DNA of 64,000 nt from Schizochytrium sp. TIO01 (taxonomy: Eukaryota; Protista; Bigyra: Labyrinthulomycetes): NCBI GenBank assembly GCA_004764695.1, contig SMSO01000014.1, positions 6,810,029 through 6,874,028 on the forward strand. Reading direction: 5' to 3'. Positions within the stretch are counted from its first letter, which is position 1; the number at the start of each line of letters is the position of its first letter. Below the pieces are notes generated by a model that searched no databases, was not told the DNA's origin, and worked only from the letters and a program-made list of their open reading frames with translations. Shown here in pieces: positions 45,448-59,400 of this stretch. The position numbers and the translations under genes were made by a program.

Positions 45448-48400
45448 TGTGCCAGCAACTATGGCAATGAGCTATAAGTTTGCATCCACACCAAGCCACA
45501 AGAGGCTCGCTGCCCACGCCCCTGACAGCAGCAATATGACTTTGCCCGCAAGCCAAAAGCTCACTCAGCACACCGTAATTCCTTGCAAAAGAGAGATAAT
45601 TCACTCGCTCATTTGCATGTGCTTTTGGTTATCTAATACACCTACTAGTAGGGCTGAGGTTCGCATCCTCCAATGTTTGCAAAGAAACTGGACTTTGGAG
45701 ACTAATTAGTAAGGATGAACGAGCTTATGTGGGATGTAGAGGTACCCTACTAGCTTAAAGCAAATTACTCACGGCAGGAGAAAGCAACTCCTAGGGTTCA
45801 AATACCTTGACATTCGAGTGAGTTTGGATACATCATGATATCTACGCTCTCTGTCTGATGGCCCTTTACCTTCAATCAACCGAGCAAATCAAACGATGGG
45901 TGCTATTGTATCAAAGTTTCCTTTTTCTTTTTTCCTCTTTTCCAATACGGAAGCCTTTTGTTATATTAGGACTAATATGCACTTACACAACTATCAAGAC
46001 TATGACTGGGAGACTATTGTCAGATAGCAGAATTCGACAGATTTCTTGTCTTGAATAGATAGTGAGCTTAAGTTTGCTTTATATATTGTAGCGGAATAAC
46101 CCTCCTCTATCCATTGCTAACATTACCGTACATAATTGCTATGGACTACCTCGAGACACAAGAGATCATAAAGACCTCAAGAGACTTACGATCCAATTTT
46201 ATGCAAGAGTGCTGATGTAGACCAACTGTAACCCCCCCCCTCCCCCCTTTGTGGAGAGTCTCGAAGGCTGTAAACCAGCAACCACATTATGTGATGATTC
46301 GGCACTCTGTGACTCATATTGTCATATGCTGATTGAGCCCATACAAAGCATGACAATGGTGGATCATGGAGCATATAATTTCTTTTATGACTGCAGAAAT
46401 GTTCTTATAGGGTTTTACTTTCTCACACCCACAAAATCATCATTATTTGCCTCTGTGTCTATCATACAAATGGCTTAAAGAATTTAGGCATGGCGCTCCA
46501 AAATGAGAAATGCAACCTTGGGTTAGCATTTATCAAATATACTACATTGTTTTAGTGGTGGTGGCAAATTACAAAGGGTACTTTGCGTCAGGATCACTAC
46601 AATGCAGTGTTTTTGTGAAAGTTTAACAGCCACCACCTCGCAATTGCCGACAGGAACCAGCTAGTTCTAAATTAAGTATAACAAAGTTGATTCTTTTATT
46701 TTATGTAGAAACCAGCTGTTATTGGTCGCCCAAACCTGCTTTCTAAATCTTTGTATTGATGTACTATCCAGCTAGGTGTCTTACCCTGACCTAGCCTAAG
46801 CTAACTCTTCGGCCGGATACAAACCATCCATTCTGCCTCAATATCTAGAACCTCAATAATCTAAATATTTTCTTTTACTTTTTGCCCTTATCAACTTCAT
46901 CACTTTATCTGAATCTGCTATCTCTTCAATTTACTCTGTACGCTCCACTACACAAAACATATTGTGATGCATTTTAGGCGCTATGTACCTTTTAACAGAA
47001 TCCTTCGCAGTCCATACATATCAAAAGGCGGAAGTCAAACCCGGCCTAGCTCGGGCTATTCCTCTTTACTGGCAGAGTCTAATATAGCTACATTAAACCA
47101 GAACACGGAAGAATGCCAATAAAGATCTCGCAACTACTTTCTGTCGCTGGAATATCTTCATTCTTGAGGCTTTAAATTTGTTTATTAAATCATCAAAGCA
47201 ATATGATTCTTAACCGTGACTCGTCTACTCAACTTTGCAGCAGCGATATCACCATAAGCGACGACATATTAGGAAATCACTGTTCTTCGTTTTCTCGAGA
47301 GTTTACACAAAGAGCTCGGGGCAGTTCTCTAATCTTGAGATTCTTGCGTATACAACCAGAAAAATCAACTTTAGATTTTAAAATGAAAGACAGGTTATCT
47401 GCGAGCGTGGAATGTGAAATTTACTTTTTTAATCTATATTTTTTTCATATTATTAGATTGCACACCAAAAAACGTTGAACTAGTGATAAAGGTTGCATAT
47501 TGAACTAAATCAAGTAAATGAACCGTTTCAAAAGAAGTCATGAGTCGTTATCAATGACTAAAACGCAGCTTCCGTTTCGCTTTCAAATTCAATCTTTTGG
47601 AGTAACTATGGTGGTTTTTAATGGCTAAATTGCAACTTCCTCTTTGCTCTTGAATTCAATGTCTTGAGATATATTTATACAGAAAAGGTAACGTACCATA
47701 TAGCGCCGGAACAACGGAATTTCTTGAGTTCCCCTCGTTACTAAATAAGGGTGTAATTATCCATATTTCCAAATAATTTTATTTTGACGAAGAAAAAAAT
47801 GACAATCAATAGAATTCTAATCAAACGTGTGCAATGCGATAAAGCGATCTAGCTAATGGGTGTAATCTTTGAAGCGATTGATCAGAAAACCTGATGGTCC
47901 CAATTATGTGTTTGCCCAGAACTGAGAGTGAATTACTTCAACGTAATAGACGCTCAGTGCATGCGAGATTCTGAACGCCATGAATCAATAAAGGCTTCCA
48001 CACTCATGGTTTTAGATATTGTTGTCCTTCCCACGCTTTTATTACCCTCAGACTGTTAGATCATCCCTAACAAAGGTCAAGATGATGACAATTAAGTCCA
48101 AATTTATGTCAGAAAGAGACTTTCTTAAAATTGACTACCCAAAAGCCTTACAGAAGGATCGATCTACCTCAACAAAGAAGATACCCCTTGAACCAACAAA
48201 CAGGGAAAAACTTCCATTAACCTTTTTTGAAGCATTGAGAAACGTAGCAAAATTGTTGAAGGTTGGATGGCCACTGAAATAAGTCACCCTGAGTTGACAA
48301 CGAGCCTCCACTGTTTAGAACATTCATTTTTAGTGCATGACAACTGAATACTTAAGGTATGCCAATAATAGTATGCGCTTTAAGCGGCTAAACCCTATGC

Positions 48401-51400
48401 ATGAAGGGGAGACTGTTGTAGATGTGCAATTTATAGAAGAAGGCGATTGGGAGTTGAGCGGATATATTCTCACTCATTGCATTATTTAGTCATATTTGAG
48501 GCTTCCATAAGCAGTGTCACTTTAAGTCGTGAAAACCTGCAACCTCGGGTGTTGTGAGAACTAGAGGCCTAGCACGCAGTTAACATAGCTTCGCGACTTG
48601 CACTAAAAGGAAGACCAACTATTCCTGTTCCTGAGCCACTTAATGCAGTCAAGTAAATCGAAATATGACTCGGGCTATCTAACAAGAAGACTTTGAGGTT
48701 CTCCTGGGACTTAATTATTAATAAAAATCGGATTCATTTTTTAGTGAAGTCATATGCAATCTTTTGTCTTTCTCGTCTTTTTGGCTACATAAAAGTTTTT
48801 GTTCTATTGAGCTCATGGTAAAGGTATTTTCTTCACCGTTAATGACTTGCTTATGTAGATATGTAGATAATTCTTTTCATTTGGTTCTGTCTCGTTTTAT
48901 CTCTTTGATTCAGCAAAGATACTTTCTTCAAGCACGATTGATGTTTCCATTGCATTGTACTTACTGCGTATGGCTTTTGTCCTTTACCAAAAATCTGCCG
49001 ATCCACTTTGTCTTACGTTTTTATTTGGACACTTTCGAACCAGCAGTTGCAAAATTTTCCAAATCGTCTTCTGGACTCGTCCTTGCTTGCAAACCGTCTT
49101 TTAATCTCCTCGGGGTTTTCCAGCATGTTACATAGACTTTCCACGATATCCACGTACTTACTATTGAAATAAAGCATAAAGTATGTTATTTGGGGACATT
49201 TTATTCTCCTAGCTTGCAACCAATCTTCCTCTCCGCCCGAATTTATAAGCTGGGCATCATGACTACACCATTAGCCCTCCAAGATGAGCCGAGAAACGCG
49301 AGCTTCGATGTCTGATCCATTGGTTGACCAATCCTGATGGTTGCCAGCGATCGCCTCGGTGCCCCCGATGTAGAGAACCGCTAAGAACCGGGTGCTACTA
49401 CCTACTACCTACCGTTCTACCTACCTTTAATTTTGAAAAGTTCTATGGCACTTTGATAAAGAACACGCAAGGACTTTTTTAGCAAAGCACATTTTTAAAG
49501 AGTTTTGCACCAGGACATTCATAATGATCTTTGAGATATACTATGGCCGCCTAGGTTTTTTTTTGTTTTTGATGATTCAATGATTGTTACTTTATATACG
49601 CCTATATATATATGAATACATCTAGGCGGACCTACCAGACAATGGTTTCCAGCATTTTCATACGATCATTGTAGGGTGTAGTAATTTCTAATTTGTTTAT
49701 AAAATGCTAAAGTAAAATAAGATGATACCTTGAGGTAATAATAAATGAAGGGTTAGTACAACAACAACGCAGAACTGCTGAGAACTCACCCATATACCTG
49801 TCAGGTACGAGACGCTTCTGTTCTGGTTGGCAGCAGCGAGGTTAATTATTATTTAGAAAACACCTGCTGCTACAGCAAGAGCTCGAGGCGGCTGGTTTCG
49901 CAGACTCGAGGCCCCTTCCCGGCCGCTGCTGCGATGGTGGGTCTAGTCAGCTCTGGTTCTTGGCCGTGAACGATAAAATAGTAGTAAACTTCTTTGCCTG
50001 TTATGCACTGTGCGCGAAAGTGAAATCAAAGAGTCCAGGAGTAAAATATGTGGCACGTATTGATAGGTATGGCGAGCTAAATAGCAGTAGCACTTACCAC
50101 CCATTACGTGGGTAACTAGTAGGTGCTTAGTGCCTCTTAAGGAGGTCTTGGTATGTAGTTACGGATGAGGATCCAATGTTTGGAAACACAAAGAACATGA
50201 AAAGAGAATGAAACGAAAATGAAAGCTGAGAGGAAATCGATGAGGCTGAGATAAGATGAGAGGGCGGGGCCTAATAACAATAGCCACTATACCTACTACC
50301 AACTTGCTGCTTCTTTTAAAAACTCAAATAACACGCGCTGTCAAAAAAGCTAATGAACAAAATCGAGGGAAACTAAGGCCTGCAAGCAATTCGATCCTGG
50401 ATTTCTTGGCTTTTATGGCCAGAGATACCTACCTCATGCGCTCGCTCACTCACTAACTTAATTAATTATTTTGTGCCTTGGAATAAGCATTCTAGTCTTG
50501 AATATGCATGGGCTTGGTGTCTCGGATTGATGACTTGTGGCACATATTTGTAGCAGAGTTCTTTCATGCATTCTTTCATTTTCGTGGCGTTTAACCTGTA
50601 CAACTACGTTGTGACTAGGTAGGTACCTAGTTATGAACAATGTCTACGTTGGCATTTGAAGGGCTTTCCTGAAAGACGACAACCCACGCACTCGTTGATG
50701 AGGGACGATGTGTTGCTGTCTTGCAGTGTTTTATGAAAAAGTCAAACTCGTAGTATGTGCTTTTCAGGATAGACATACGTAGTAGCACTTAGACTTCACC
50801 CTGGGCTTAAGTTTGGGTGCTCTACCTACACTTCGCAAATCCGAGGTGGTTCTAAGTTTTGTATCATCTGTGGATGTGGATGATGTTATACAGCTTAAAG
50901 TTATGGGTATATCTTTACAAACTGATTACAAAAGCCATCGTCTCGCGAACCTTGAGAAGGAGAGGACTGAAAACTGGCTTAGCTAGCTATCTATTTAGCC
51001 ATCATGGCGACGCTGGATCTTCGTTAGGGCCGGTGTTGCTTGTTCCAGTCCGTTTGCCGCTTGATGTGTTATTAAGAGTTGAATGGCACAACGTGCAGAA
51101 CGACTTCCTGGCCTCGAGGCAGTTCAATGACTTGCAAAGTAGTTTTTATCAGGAGTTTTCATAATTTGGCAACTATTGTTTCTATTGTTTATGATCTATA
51201 TGAATAAACAAATTATATATACATCTTTTAATAAAATGTATAAATTTACCAACCTGAAGAACAACATTCCTGAAAAGGCAAATAAACTGCCTTGAACTGG
51301 CCTTCCTACAGAAGTTCTTGTTTTAAAAAGTTGTTGACTACTTCTCATCGACACCTTCCTACTGCTCCCTATAACCCGTGCCTAGCTAGCTAGCATCTAC

Positions 51401-51687
51401 TTGGTAGAAGACAGGGAAGAACTTCCTATTCAACTTCATCAGTAATTTACAACTCCACGAAAGAAAAGGCTTTCCTTCGGGTTCTCTGAAGCGCCCAATG
51501 ACGGAGAGAGAACGCATTTTATCTTTTTTTTTAAAGGAAAGAAGCGCAAATTAATATCGCTGGTTCTCTCCTCCTTCTTCTCCCTTTATTCTTCTTTCTT
51601 TATTATGCTTCTTTCTTCTTCTTTCGTCGCCAAGGTGAGCCTAAGCAAACGATCAATCGATTGATCAACCAATCGGTCACAATCAAT

Positions 51688-51852
51688 CAATTCGTACAAT
51701 CCGTACAATTCGTACAATTCATCAATTCATCAATTCGTACAATTCATCAATTCATCAATTCATCAATTCATCAATTCATCAATTCATCAATTCATCAATT
51801 CATCAATTCATCGATTCATCAATTCACCAATTCGTACAATTCGTTAATTCGT
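51688..51852. repeat. Compound minisatellite of 8-bp CAATTCAT and 9-bp CAATTCGTA units (about 20 units)
   Basis: Nine consecutive perfect CAATTCAT (51740-51811), flanked and interspersed by CAATTCGTA variants. Confidence 0.92.
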
Positions 51853-51977
51853 GGCTCGAACCGGCGGCCCGAAACCGGCCCGAGCGAGCTTGGCTTCTTG
51901 CTACTTGCTTGGGCTGGTGGTCTCGAGAAGAGCAGCAACCAGGCCACGGCAATTTGTAGCTTCATTGCGAGCGAGCG

Positions 51978-52080
51978 AAACAAACAAACAAACAAACAAA
52001 CAAACAAACAAACAAACAAACAAACAAACAAACAAACAAACAAACAAAGACAGCACAGAAATGAATGAATGAATGAATGA
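51978..52080. repeat. (AAAC)~17 followed by (ATGA)5 microsatellites
   Basis: aaacaaac... at 51978-52048; atgaatgaatgaatgaatga at 52061-52080. Confidence 0.92.
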
Positions 52081-53700
52081 AGGAGGGCAGAAACGGATGC
52101 TGCGAATAAATAAGCGCACGGCTCAGAAGGTTGGGAGGCCACGCACAGAATGGATGCATGCAATGCAATGAATGCAATGCACTTGTGTGCCCATTGGCTG
52201 CGAGAGAAAGCCTTTTTCTGAAGCGCTTAAATCGCTCGTTATTCATTTGTAGGTTGGGCCATCGAAGTTGTAATCTCGAATGGCGAAGAGCTTATTATTT
52301 GCGTTTCGATGTTGTAGGCGGCATTTGCAGAGCGATATTTGTGCTGTAGTTAGTGTATTCATCCATGTGGAGTACGTGCGAACTGTGTTTGGCGGAGGAT
52401 GTGCATTACTTTCATTTTGGATAGCTCGTAATCATTTTTGTTTATGTTGTGCACCACACACAACTAACTCTTCATGATATTGAAACGATGCTTCAGATGT
52501 AAATCTGATTTGGCCACGAAGCTCCATCGGAGATAAGAAGAGCGTGCTTGGGCAATTGTCTTTGATCGTGGCGGCGAGGCGCTGCAAAGAGGGGTGGCGA
52601 CGAAGCACAAGTCCCACGCCTGGGATCGGCGGCCTCGATCTCCGCTCCAAGCTCGACATTTGCTTGCCTATAGAACGGCAGACGCATCGAATGCCGAAAG
52701 AGTGGTGGAGGTGAATGGACTTCTTTCATTAATCTGAAAAACCTTTTTTATTTTCTTTTTTTTTAATGAATTACATTAAGTAAAGGAAAGAAAAAGAAAA
52801 ACAATCGTTCTGAGCGTGGTTAGTGAGGAAATGCGTTCTCTTTAGCCGTTCAAGCGGAGACTAAGAACGACTTTTTTTCACGATGAAAGAGGACAAATAA
52901 CCAAAATATGGCAGCCACGAACAGGTTTGGAGAAGTGGTCAGTCAGTGAGTGGCAGAGGCCGGAGTCATGCCAATAAGCTGTGGAAAAGCAAAGGAGCCG
53001 CTGCGCTCTGCTCTGCGTTTCGCGAAGGTAGGTAGGAAGCTTAAACCTCACCACTGACTGATACTCTACAGAAGATACACAATCGCAAGAAGAAACTCTG
53101 GTCTCATCATGGTTATTACTTAGTTTAGTTTATCCGCTTTCTTTTAGAAAAAGGTTTTTGTATTCTCGCATTTCTTCTTTTCTTTCTGTTCTTTTAACTA
53201 GGTACATAGGTAAATATTATTAGGCAAGTGCTATTGCTTACATTAGATTATGAAGAAAAAAAAGTAAAAAAGCTTTCAACAACTTTACGCATCAACTTTA
53301 TGTCTCGAAACCTACTGAGAGTTATTTGGCATTCAAGCCGAAGCAGCAACAGCAACAACAGCAGCAGTAGGAGAGGAGTAGACGAAGAACATGAACACAG
53401 GTATCGCTATGTCCAAGTCAGGCTGAATGCTAAAAGGAAGAAATAGACATCTAGCCATGGAATTTGACATCGCCAAGAAGATCTATTCTAAACCACACAC
53501 AATTGGTATGGACTACTTTTGTAAAGAAATTATTATTAAAATATTCAGGCAGAGAGATATCCATCCACCGAAGTTAAAAAAGGTAAGCGAAGAAAACAAA
53601 GTACAGCAAAGTAGAGCAAACCCACAACCAGAACATCCCGCTGGCCTCAGCAGCGGAAAGGCAGCAAGCAAGCAAAGTCAAGACAAACAAACAAGCCAAG

Positions 53701-55626
53701 ATGCCCTCCGGAGGCGTTGGTCTGGTGTGCCTGGAGCCTGTTCCCAGCGACATCGAGATCTCCCAGACAGCCGTGCAGCCCGAGCACATCAGCGTCATTG
53801 CCAAGGATGCTGGCATTCTCGAGGAGGAGCTGGACCTCCACGGCCCGCACATGGGCAATGTGAGCCTCAAGGTTCTCGAGCGCCTCAAGGATCGCAAGGA
53901 CGGTAACTACGTCCTTGTCACCGGCATCAACCCGACCTCTCTCGGCGAAGGCAAGAGTACCACCACCATTGGACTCTCGCAGGCGCTCGGTGCCCACCTC
54001 GACAAGAAGGTCTTCACCAACATTCGCGTGCCGAGTGCAGGTCCTACCTTCGGTGTCAAGGGTGGTGCCAGTGGTGGTGGATACGCACAGACCATCCCCA
54101 TGGAGCTCTTCAACATCAACGTGCCCAACATGCAAATCTCCCCTGTGATGGCTGCTAACAACCTCATCGCCGCCGCCATCGATTCCCGTATGTTCCACGA
54201 GCAGACGCAGTCCGACGAGGCTCTCTTCCGCAGATTGTGCCCTGACCACGGTGAAGTTCGCGTCTTTGCCAAGCCCATGCTCCGCCGCCTCGAGAAGCTT
54301 GGAATCACCAAGACCAACCCCTCGGACCTCACCCCCGAGGAGGTCTCCCGCTTTGTCAGACTCGACATCGACCCTGAGTCTATCACTTGGAAGCGCGTTG
54401 TGGACACCTGCGACAGACACCTTCGTGGTATCACCATTGGACAGGCCCCCTCAGAAAAGAAGGGAGTTCCTCGCGAAACCGGATTCGACATCGCCGTCGC
54501 CTCTGAGTGCATGGCAATTCTTGCATTGGCTACCTCCGTGCACGACCTCAGGGAGAGGCTTGGACGCATTGTCGTTGCCTACTCGAAGGCAGGAGAGCCC
54601 GTTACCACTGAGGACCTCGGAGTTGCAGGAGCGGCGGCCGTTCTCATGCTTGATGCCATCAAGCCCACTCTCATGCAGACGCTCGAGAAGACCCCCGTGC
54701 TTGTGCACGCAGGACCGTTCGCCAACATCGCCCACGGAAACAGCTCGCTTATTGCTGATCAGATCGCACTCAAGCTCGTCGGAGAGGAAGGATTCGTTCT
54801 CACCGAGGCTGGCTTCGGAGCTGATATTGGAGCAGAGAAGTTCTTCAACATCAAGTGCAGAGCCAGCGGACTCAAGCCGGACTGTGCGGTCATTGTCGCC
54901 ACCATCCGTGCTCTTAAGATGCACGGAGGCGGCCCTCAGGTAACCCCCGGAAAGCCCCTCGACAAGGCTTACAAGGAGGAGAACCTTGAGCTTCTCGCCA
55001 AGGGTGTTGGCAACCTGCAGCACCACATTCGCAACATGAACAAGTTCGGAGTCACTACCGTCTGCTGCATCAACAAGTTCGCCACTGATACCGAGGCCGA
55101 GATTGAGCTTGTGCGCAAGGCTGCCATCGAGGCAGGAGCGTATGATGCTGTCATGGCAAACCACTGGGCCCAGGGTGGTGCTGGAGCAGTTGAACTCGGA
55201 GAGGCCGTTGTCAAGGCCTGCGCAGACTCCCGGGCTGGCAAGGCAGGACCTGGTTTCAAGTTCCTTTACCCACTCGAGATGAGCCTTCGCGACAAGATCC
55301 AGCGCATTGCCGTAGAGATCTATGGTGCCAACGGAGTCGAGTTCACGGACCTTGCCTCCCAGCAGCTCGAGCGCTACCAGAACCTCGGATTTGGTAAGCT
55401 TCCCATCTGTGTTGCTAAGACCCACCTCTCGCTCTCTGCGGACCCGTCCAAGCGCGGTGTCCCTACCGACTTCACTGTCGTCGTGCGCGAGGCCCGTGCC
55501 AGCATCGGTGCTGGTCTTATCCTTGCTATGCTCGGAGACATCATGACCATCCCGGGTCTCCCCACTCTCCCTGGTTTCTACAACGTCGACGTCACTGACG
55601 ATGGCCAGATTAAGGGCCTCTTCTAA
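53701..55626 (+). CDS. Formate--tetrahydrofolate ligase (FTHFS) homologue, monofunctional, divergent
   Basis: [100 protein letters not shown], terminal GLF. Strong codon bias and an A/C-rich leader before the ATG. Confidence 0.95.
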   Translation: MPSGGVGLVCLEPVPSDIEISQTAVQPEHISVIAKDAGILEEELDLHGPHMGNVSLKVLERLKDRKDGNYVLVTGINPTSLGEGKSTTTIGLSQALGAHLDKKVFTNIRVPSAGPTFGVKGGASGGGYAQTIPMELFNINVPNMQISPVMAANNLIAAAIDSRMFHEQTQSDEALFRRLCPDHGEVRVFAKPMLRRLEKLGITKTNPSDLTPEEVSRFVRLDIDPESITWKRVVDTCDRHLRGITIGQAPSEKKGVPRETGFDIAVASECMAILALATSVHDLRERLGRIVVAYSKAGEPVTTEDLGVAGAAAVLMLDAIKPTLMQTLEKTPVLVHAGPFANIAHGNSSLIADQIALKLVGEEGFVLTEAGFGADIGAEKFFNIKCRASGLKPDCAVIVATIRALKMHGGGPQVTPGKPLDKAYKEENLELLAKGVGNLQHHIRNMNKFGVTTVCCINKFATDTEAEIELVRKAAIEAGAYDAVMANHWAQGGAGAVELGEAVVKACADSRAGKAGPGFKFLYPLEMSLRDKIQRIAVEIYGANGVEFTDLASQQLERYQNLGFGKLPICVAKTHLSLSADPSKRGVPTDFTVVVREARASIGAGLILAMLGDIMTIPGLPTLPGFYNVDVTDDGQIKGLF

Positions 55627-56430
55627 ACACACCTTTTTTCTCTCTAATTCTGAAGAAAAAGAAGAAAAGAACATGCCTCGTCAGCGAATTCCATAAAAAC
55701 CCTCGTGGCATCTTCATCTATCACTTTTACACATGTAAGGATCCCTTCTCTCACCCAAGTAAATATCAATTGCATCTAGTTTGCTTCAGGGAGATGAGGT
55801 TCTCTCACACAAACCCACTACTCTGTTGTTTTATGCACACCACACCACACTTCTAACTAAAAAAACAATTTTTCTTTTATAAATCAAACATTTGCATGCA
55901 TTACGTAGAAGCGCAATTTTATTGAGAGCCTGAAAGCCTTTCCTATGAGTTCCCCCCTCTGTATGAGAGCTAAATGCTTTTAAAGAAAATAAAAGCACAC
56001 AATTCTTGCTTAATCTTCAACAACATGAGCGCGATGAATCATTTAGAAATGTAACTGTGCATTTTTTTCTGATCTTAGCATGTATTCAATGTCTCATTCG
56101 AAATGTAAGAAACAGGTTAACATAATCGTCCTTTTTCTTGGGGCAAGGGGGGGGAGGGGGGCGGTAAAACTAAACACACTCATTGACTGTTGACTGGAAA
56201 GAAGAAAGAAAATACATGGTGTTGAAACTTTGATTCGTTTCTGGTTTTCTAGCTAGACTCCTATATCTTCTAATTTGAATACCAGCAGAACTTGTAACAT
56301 TCCATTTCTGCTCATTTTAATCATTCATTCAGGCTGACTAGTGAACCAATATTTGATTATTCATCCCAAAGAAAATTCAATTCTTTTAAGCATAAACCGC
56401 CACAATGAAACACGAACTATTTAAGTAATA

Positions 56431-59400
56431 TTACTCTATTTCATGTCTATAAGCCCAAGAGCCTGTTCGTCGTAACGTAAGCCCGTTGCCGCGAAGTCCT
56501 GAAATCTTCTTTTCCTTGCGCGGCTGACGCTTGCTACGATCAACTCGATCGATGGCTCTCCAAGAAATGCAGCGAAACTTGGAAGCATGATTGCGACGGA
56601 GATCTTCTACCCAAGCTTGCACACGAGGCTGAGCGTACTTGTACGCTCTCTCCTGGATTTCTGCACTTCGACTAAACTCTAATGTGCTCACGTCGTCAAC
56701 AGGAGGCTGCAAATAGAGGTCAATGTAATCAATCAAAGTTGGGTTCCCGGAAGGCTCCAGGCCACCATAACGACGAGAGTACGCAGATCCGAGCGAACCT
56801 TTCTTATCAACTTTGCCTGTACTGCCTTGCTTCACACTACTAATAAACGCTAGCTGAGTCTGAATGTCACTTGATGTCGGAATAGCGGGTGTCTCCACAA
56901 AAGGGTTCAACCAGCGCAAGAGATAACCCCATCCAGATAATTCAGCACCATAATCAGCACCTGCAAACTGCCACGAACCTTGCACATCAACAGCAATTAC
57001 CGTTGCACGAGGACCAAGATACCTGCGCATTATATCGGCAGGAAGATTGTTCGTGTAACCACCATCACATAAGTAGTGCACCACCTTTTTCGTTTTTGCT
57101 TTCTTTGATTTTTTACCTTGAATGCCAGAGTTCTCTCCAAATTCAGTACTGCTAGTAGCGGCACCAGATGGGGGGCTTTCAATAGTCCATTCACTGGCAT
57201 TCTTCCCACCTTGTGTGGAGGATAAATCCCCGGTGTGGCGACGGCTCCGGAGCCCTGACTTGCCCACAGGAACTGATTCGCGAGGTTGTTGAAGTTCGCC
57301 TCCATCATTCGGAGGCAAGAGAGATTTTCCAGTTGAATCATTATCATCGGCCTTGCTTTTCTCCTCGGCATGGTCTCCCTGGGCATCATAGTCTTCAGCA
57401 TCACAATTGACTTCCTCATCCTCGAGAATCTCTTCCTCCAAAACATCGCAAAGTGGGGGCATGAAATTGACCAATGTCATAGACGCACGCACATACCGCC
57501 AAAGTCGCCCATTACGATGAGCAATCTCTTCGGAATCAGTCAAATCTGTCGTCATACAAAAGTATGGCAGCCATAAGTCCTCGATACATGTGGTCCCGAA
57601 GAATTCGATAATGCCTCGATTGAAGTTGCCGCCAGTGAACCAAGACACTACAGGAAGCGTCATATCAGAAATAAGTTCCCACATTGAAGACATGCTTGTG
57701 GTAAACTTTGTCAGTAGCTTATGCATTAGAAGAGTATCGCACTTCATCGAATAAACAGCACCTAGGAAAGAACCAATACTTGTACCCGCTACAAAATCAA
57801 CCGGGATACCCATTTCCTCAAGGCATCGAAGCACAGAAACATGCGACATTCCACGCGCACCACCACCACCTAATACAATGCCCACAGACTCGCCAATCAA
57901 CCACCGAGAAAGCCGACGGAAATCACTCTTAAAGTGCTCCACATCAAAATATCCTGTTCGCCCATAGGCATCGGTTCGATTAGGATGGAACCGTATGTGA
58001 TGATGATGGTGAATATTTCCACGATTAATGATCCATTCACGTGTGTTAGAGGGAAGCTCCGACATATCTTTGCGCCCAGACTCGATATGGAGCAGCACAA
58101 GCTCCTTGCGTGCATTAGTGTTCACAGAAGCGAGCTTGCGTTCCAAAGGTGTAATGTCTGCACCATCAGCTGCATTGGCCACGTACATGACTAAGTCAGC
58201 TTGGGCGATGCAAAGTTTTGACCACCAGGAGGGCTCAGGCTCAGACCACGGATCCACTACATAGAATACAATATCACTGGTATCCTCAGCTTCACTAAGC
58301 CATGTAAGAAGAATAAGTTGTTCGAGAGGAGAAAACGGAGCTGAAATCACATTACCTACTCCAAGCTTGCGCTCTTCGGCCATGCGATCAACAATATCAG
58401 AGGTGAGTGTCTCCACTGACGTACCCATGGTTTCTAACGTTTTCGATAGTGTGCGAAGAAACAAATCGATGGGCGCGGAAGGACTCGCAGGAACGATAGC
58501 CACAACGTTTGTTGTCGCGCCTTGTGTTCCTTGAGATGCGCTGCTCGGACCTTGCATAAGCGATCGACTCATAGTTCGACCCATGTGGAAAACAACCTCC
58601 GGAAATTTCGACATAATTGCGAGCATAGCAACCTTGGGTAGCACAGCAAGCTGGGTACTACGCAGGGCGGTCACGCTTTCAATCATAGGTTCCTCCGTAA
58701 GAAAAGAGATTTCTCCTATCAGAGCGCCACGCCCATATTCACGCTCTTGGCTTTCAGGTGTCGTACGCCGAGATGAAGCCTTGGATCCTCGCATACGACC
58801 ATGAAGGACTACATACAGATTCTCGCAGGTTTGGCCTTCCTTGACCAGTACCTCGCCAGAACCAAGGTGACGCCATGTTGTCGTGAGATCGATCATGCGG
58901 ATCACATCAAAAAGATTCTGGACAAGGCCTTCCGCTTTATGAACAATGATTTTAGGGTATTTGTCAATTAGATCGTAGTAGTCTGACTGAGCAATGCGGG
59001 CCAAAACGGTCTCCTTATGTGTTGCTGAGGCCCGAACCCATACAGCCTCAGCTGTCTGAAGGCTATTACGACCAAGGTACCAATCATTCCAAGCTCCAGT
59101 AAGTAGGGAAAGGTGTCCAAAGGTCTCTCCGCGGCAAAAGCAGTGTTCCAATCGGCTCTTTGCTTCGTCTCCACGACGACCAACCATGAGCTCAAGGCCA
59201 CCCTTAATCACAACGTACATTGCGGCTTCGTTTGAGACATCCAACACCTCCTTACCAGGCTTGAGTTTGACGATGTGTACAACTGTCTTTTGTGGGTTGA
59301 TATTACGATGGGACTGACGACTGCCGGGACGGCTAGGGAGCTCCAAAGAAGGAACTCCGCGTCCTCGCTCATGGCCTGCCGGTAGTCCAGTTGACATCCC

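Noticed and set aside
49013-49320. ORF fragment with RRRFGKF resembling myosin SSRFGKF
   Set aside because: No other myosin motifs and multiple stops; unidentifiable.
51661-52246. ORFs with INSSIHQF and KQTN/FVCL repeats; CRISPR-like or telomeric interpretation of the array
   Set aside because: These are translations of microsatellites. There are no unique spacers and the units are not telomere-like.
7198-55626. Folate gene cluster (GGH plus FTHFS)
   Set aside because: The genes are 45 kb apart with unrelated genes between them; likely coincidental.
53647-55674. Long antisense ORFs (257, 220 and 407 aa) over the FTHFS gene
   Set aside because: Shadow ORFs caused by strong codon bias on the sense strand; no recognisable motifs.
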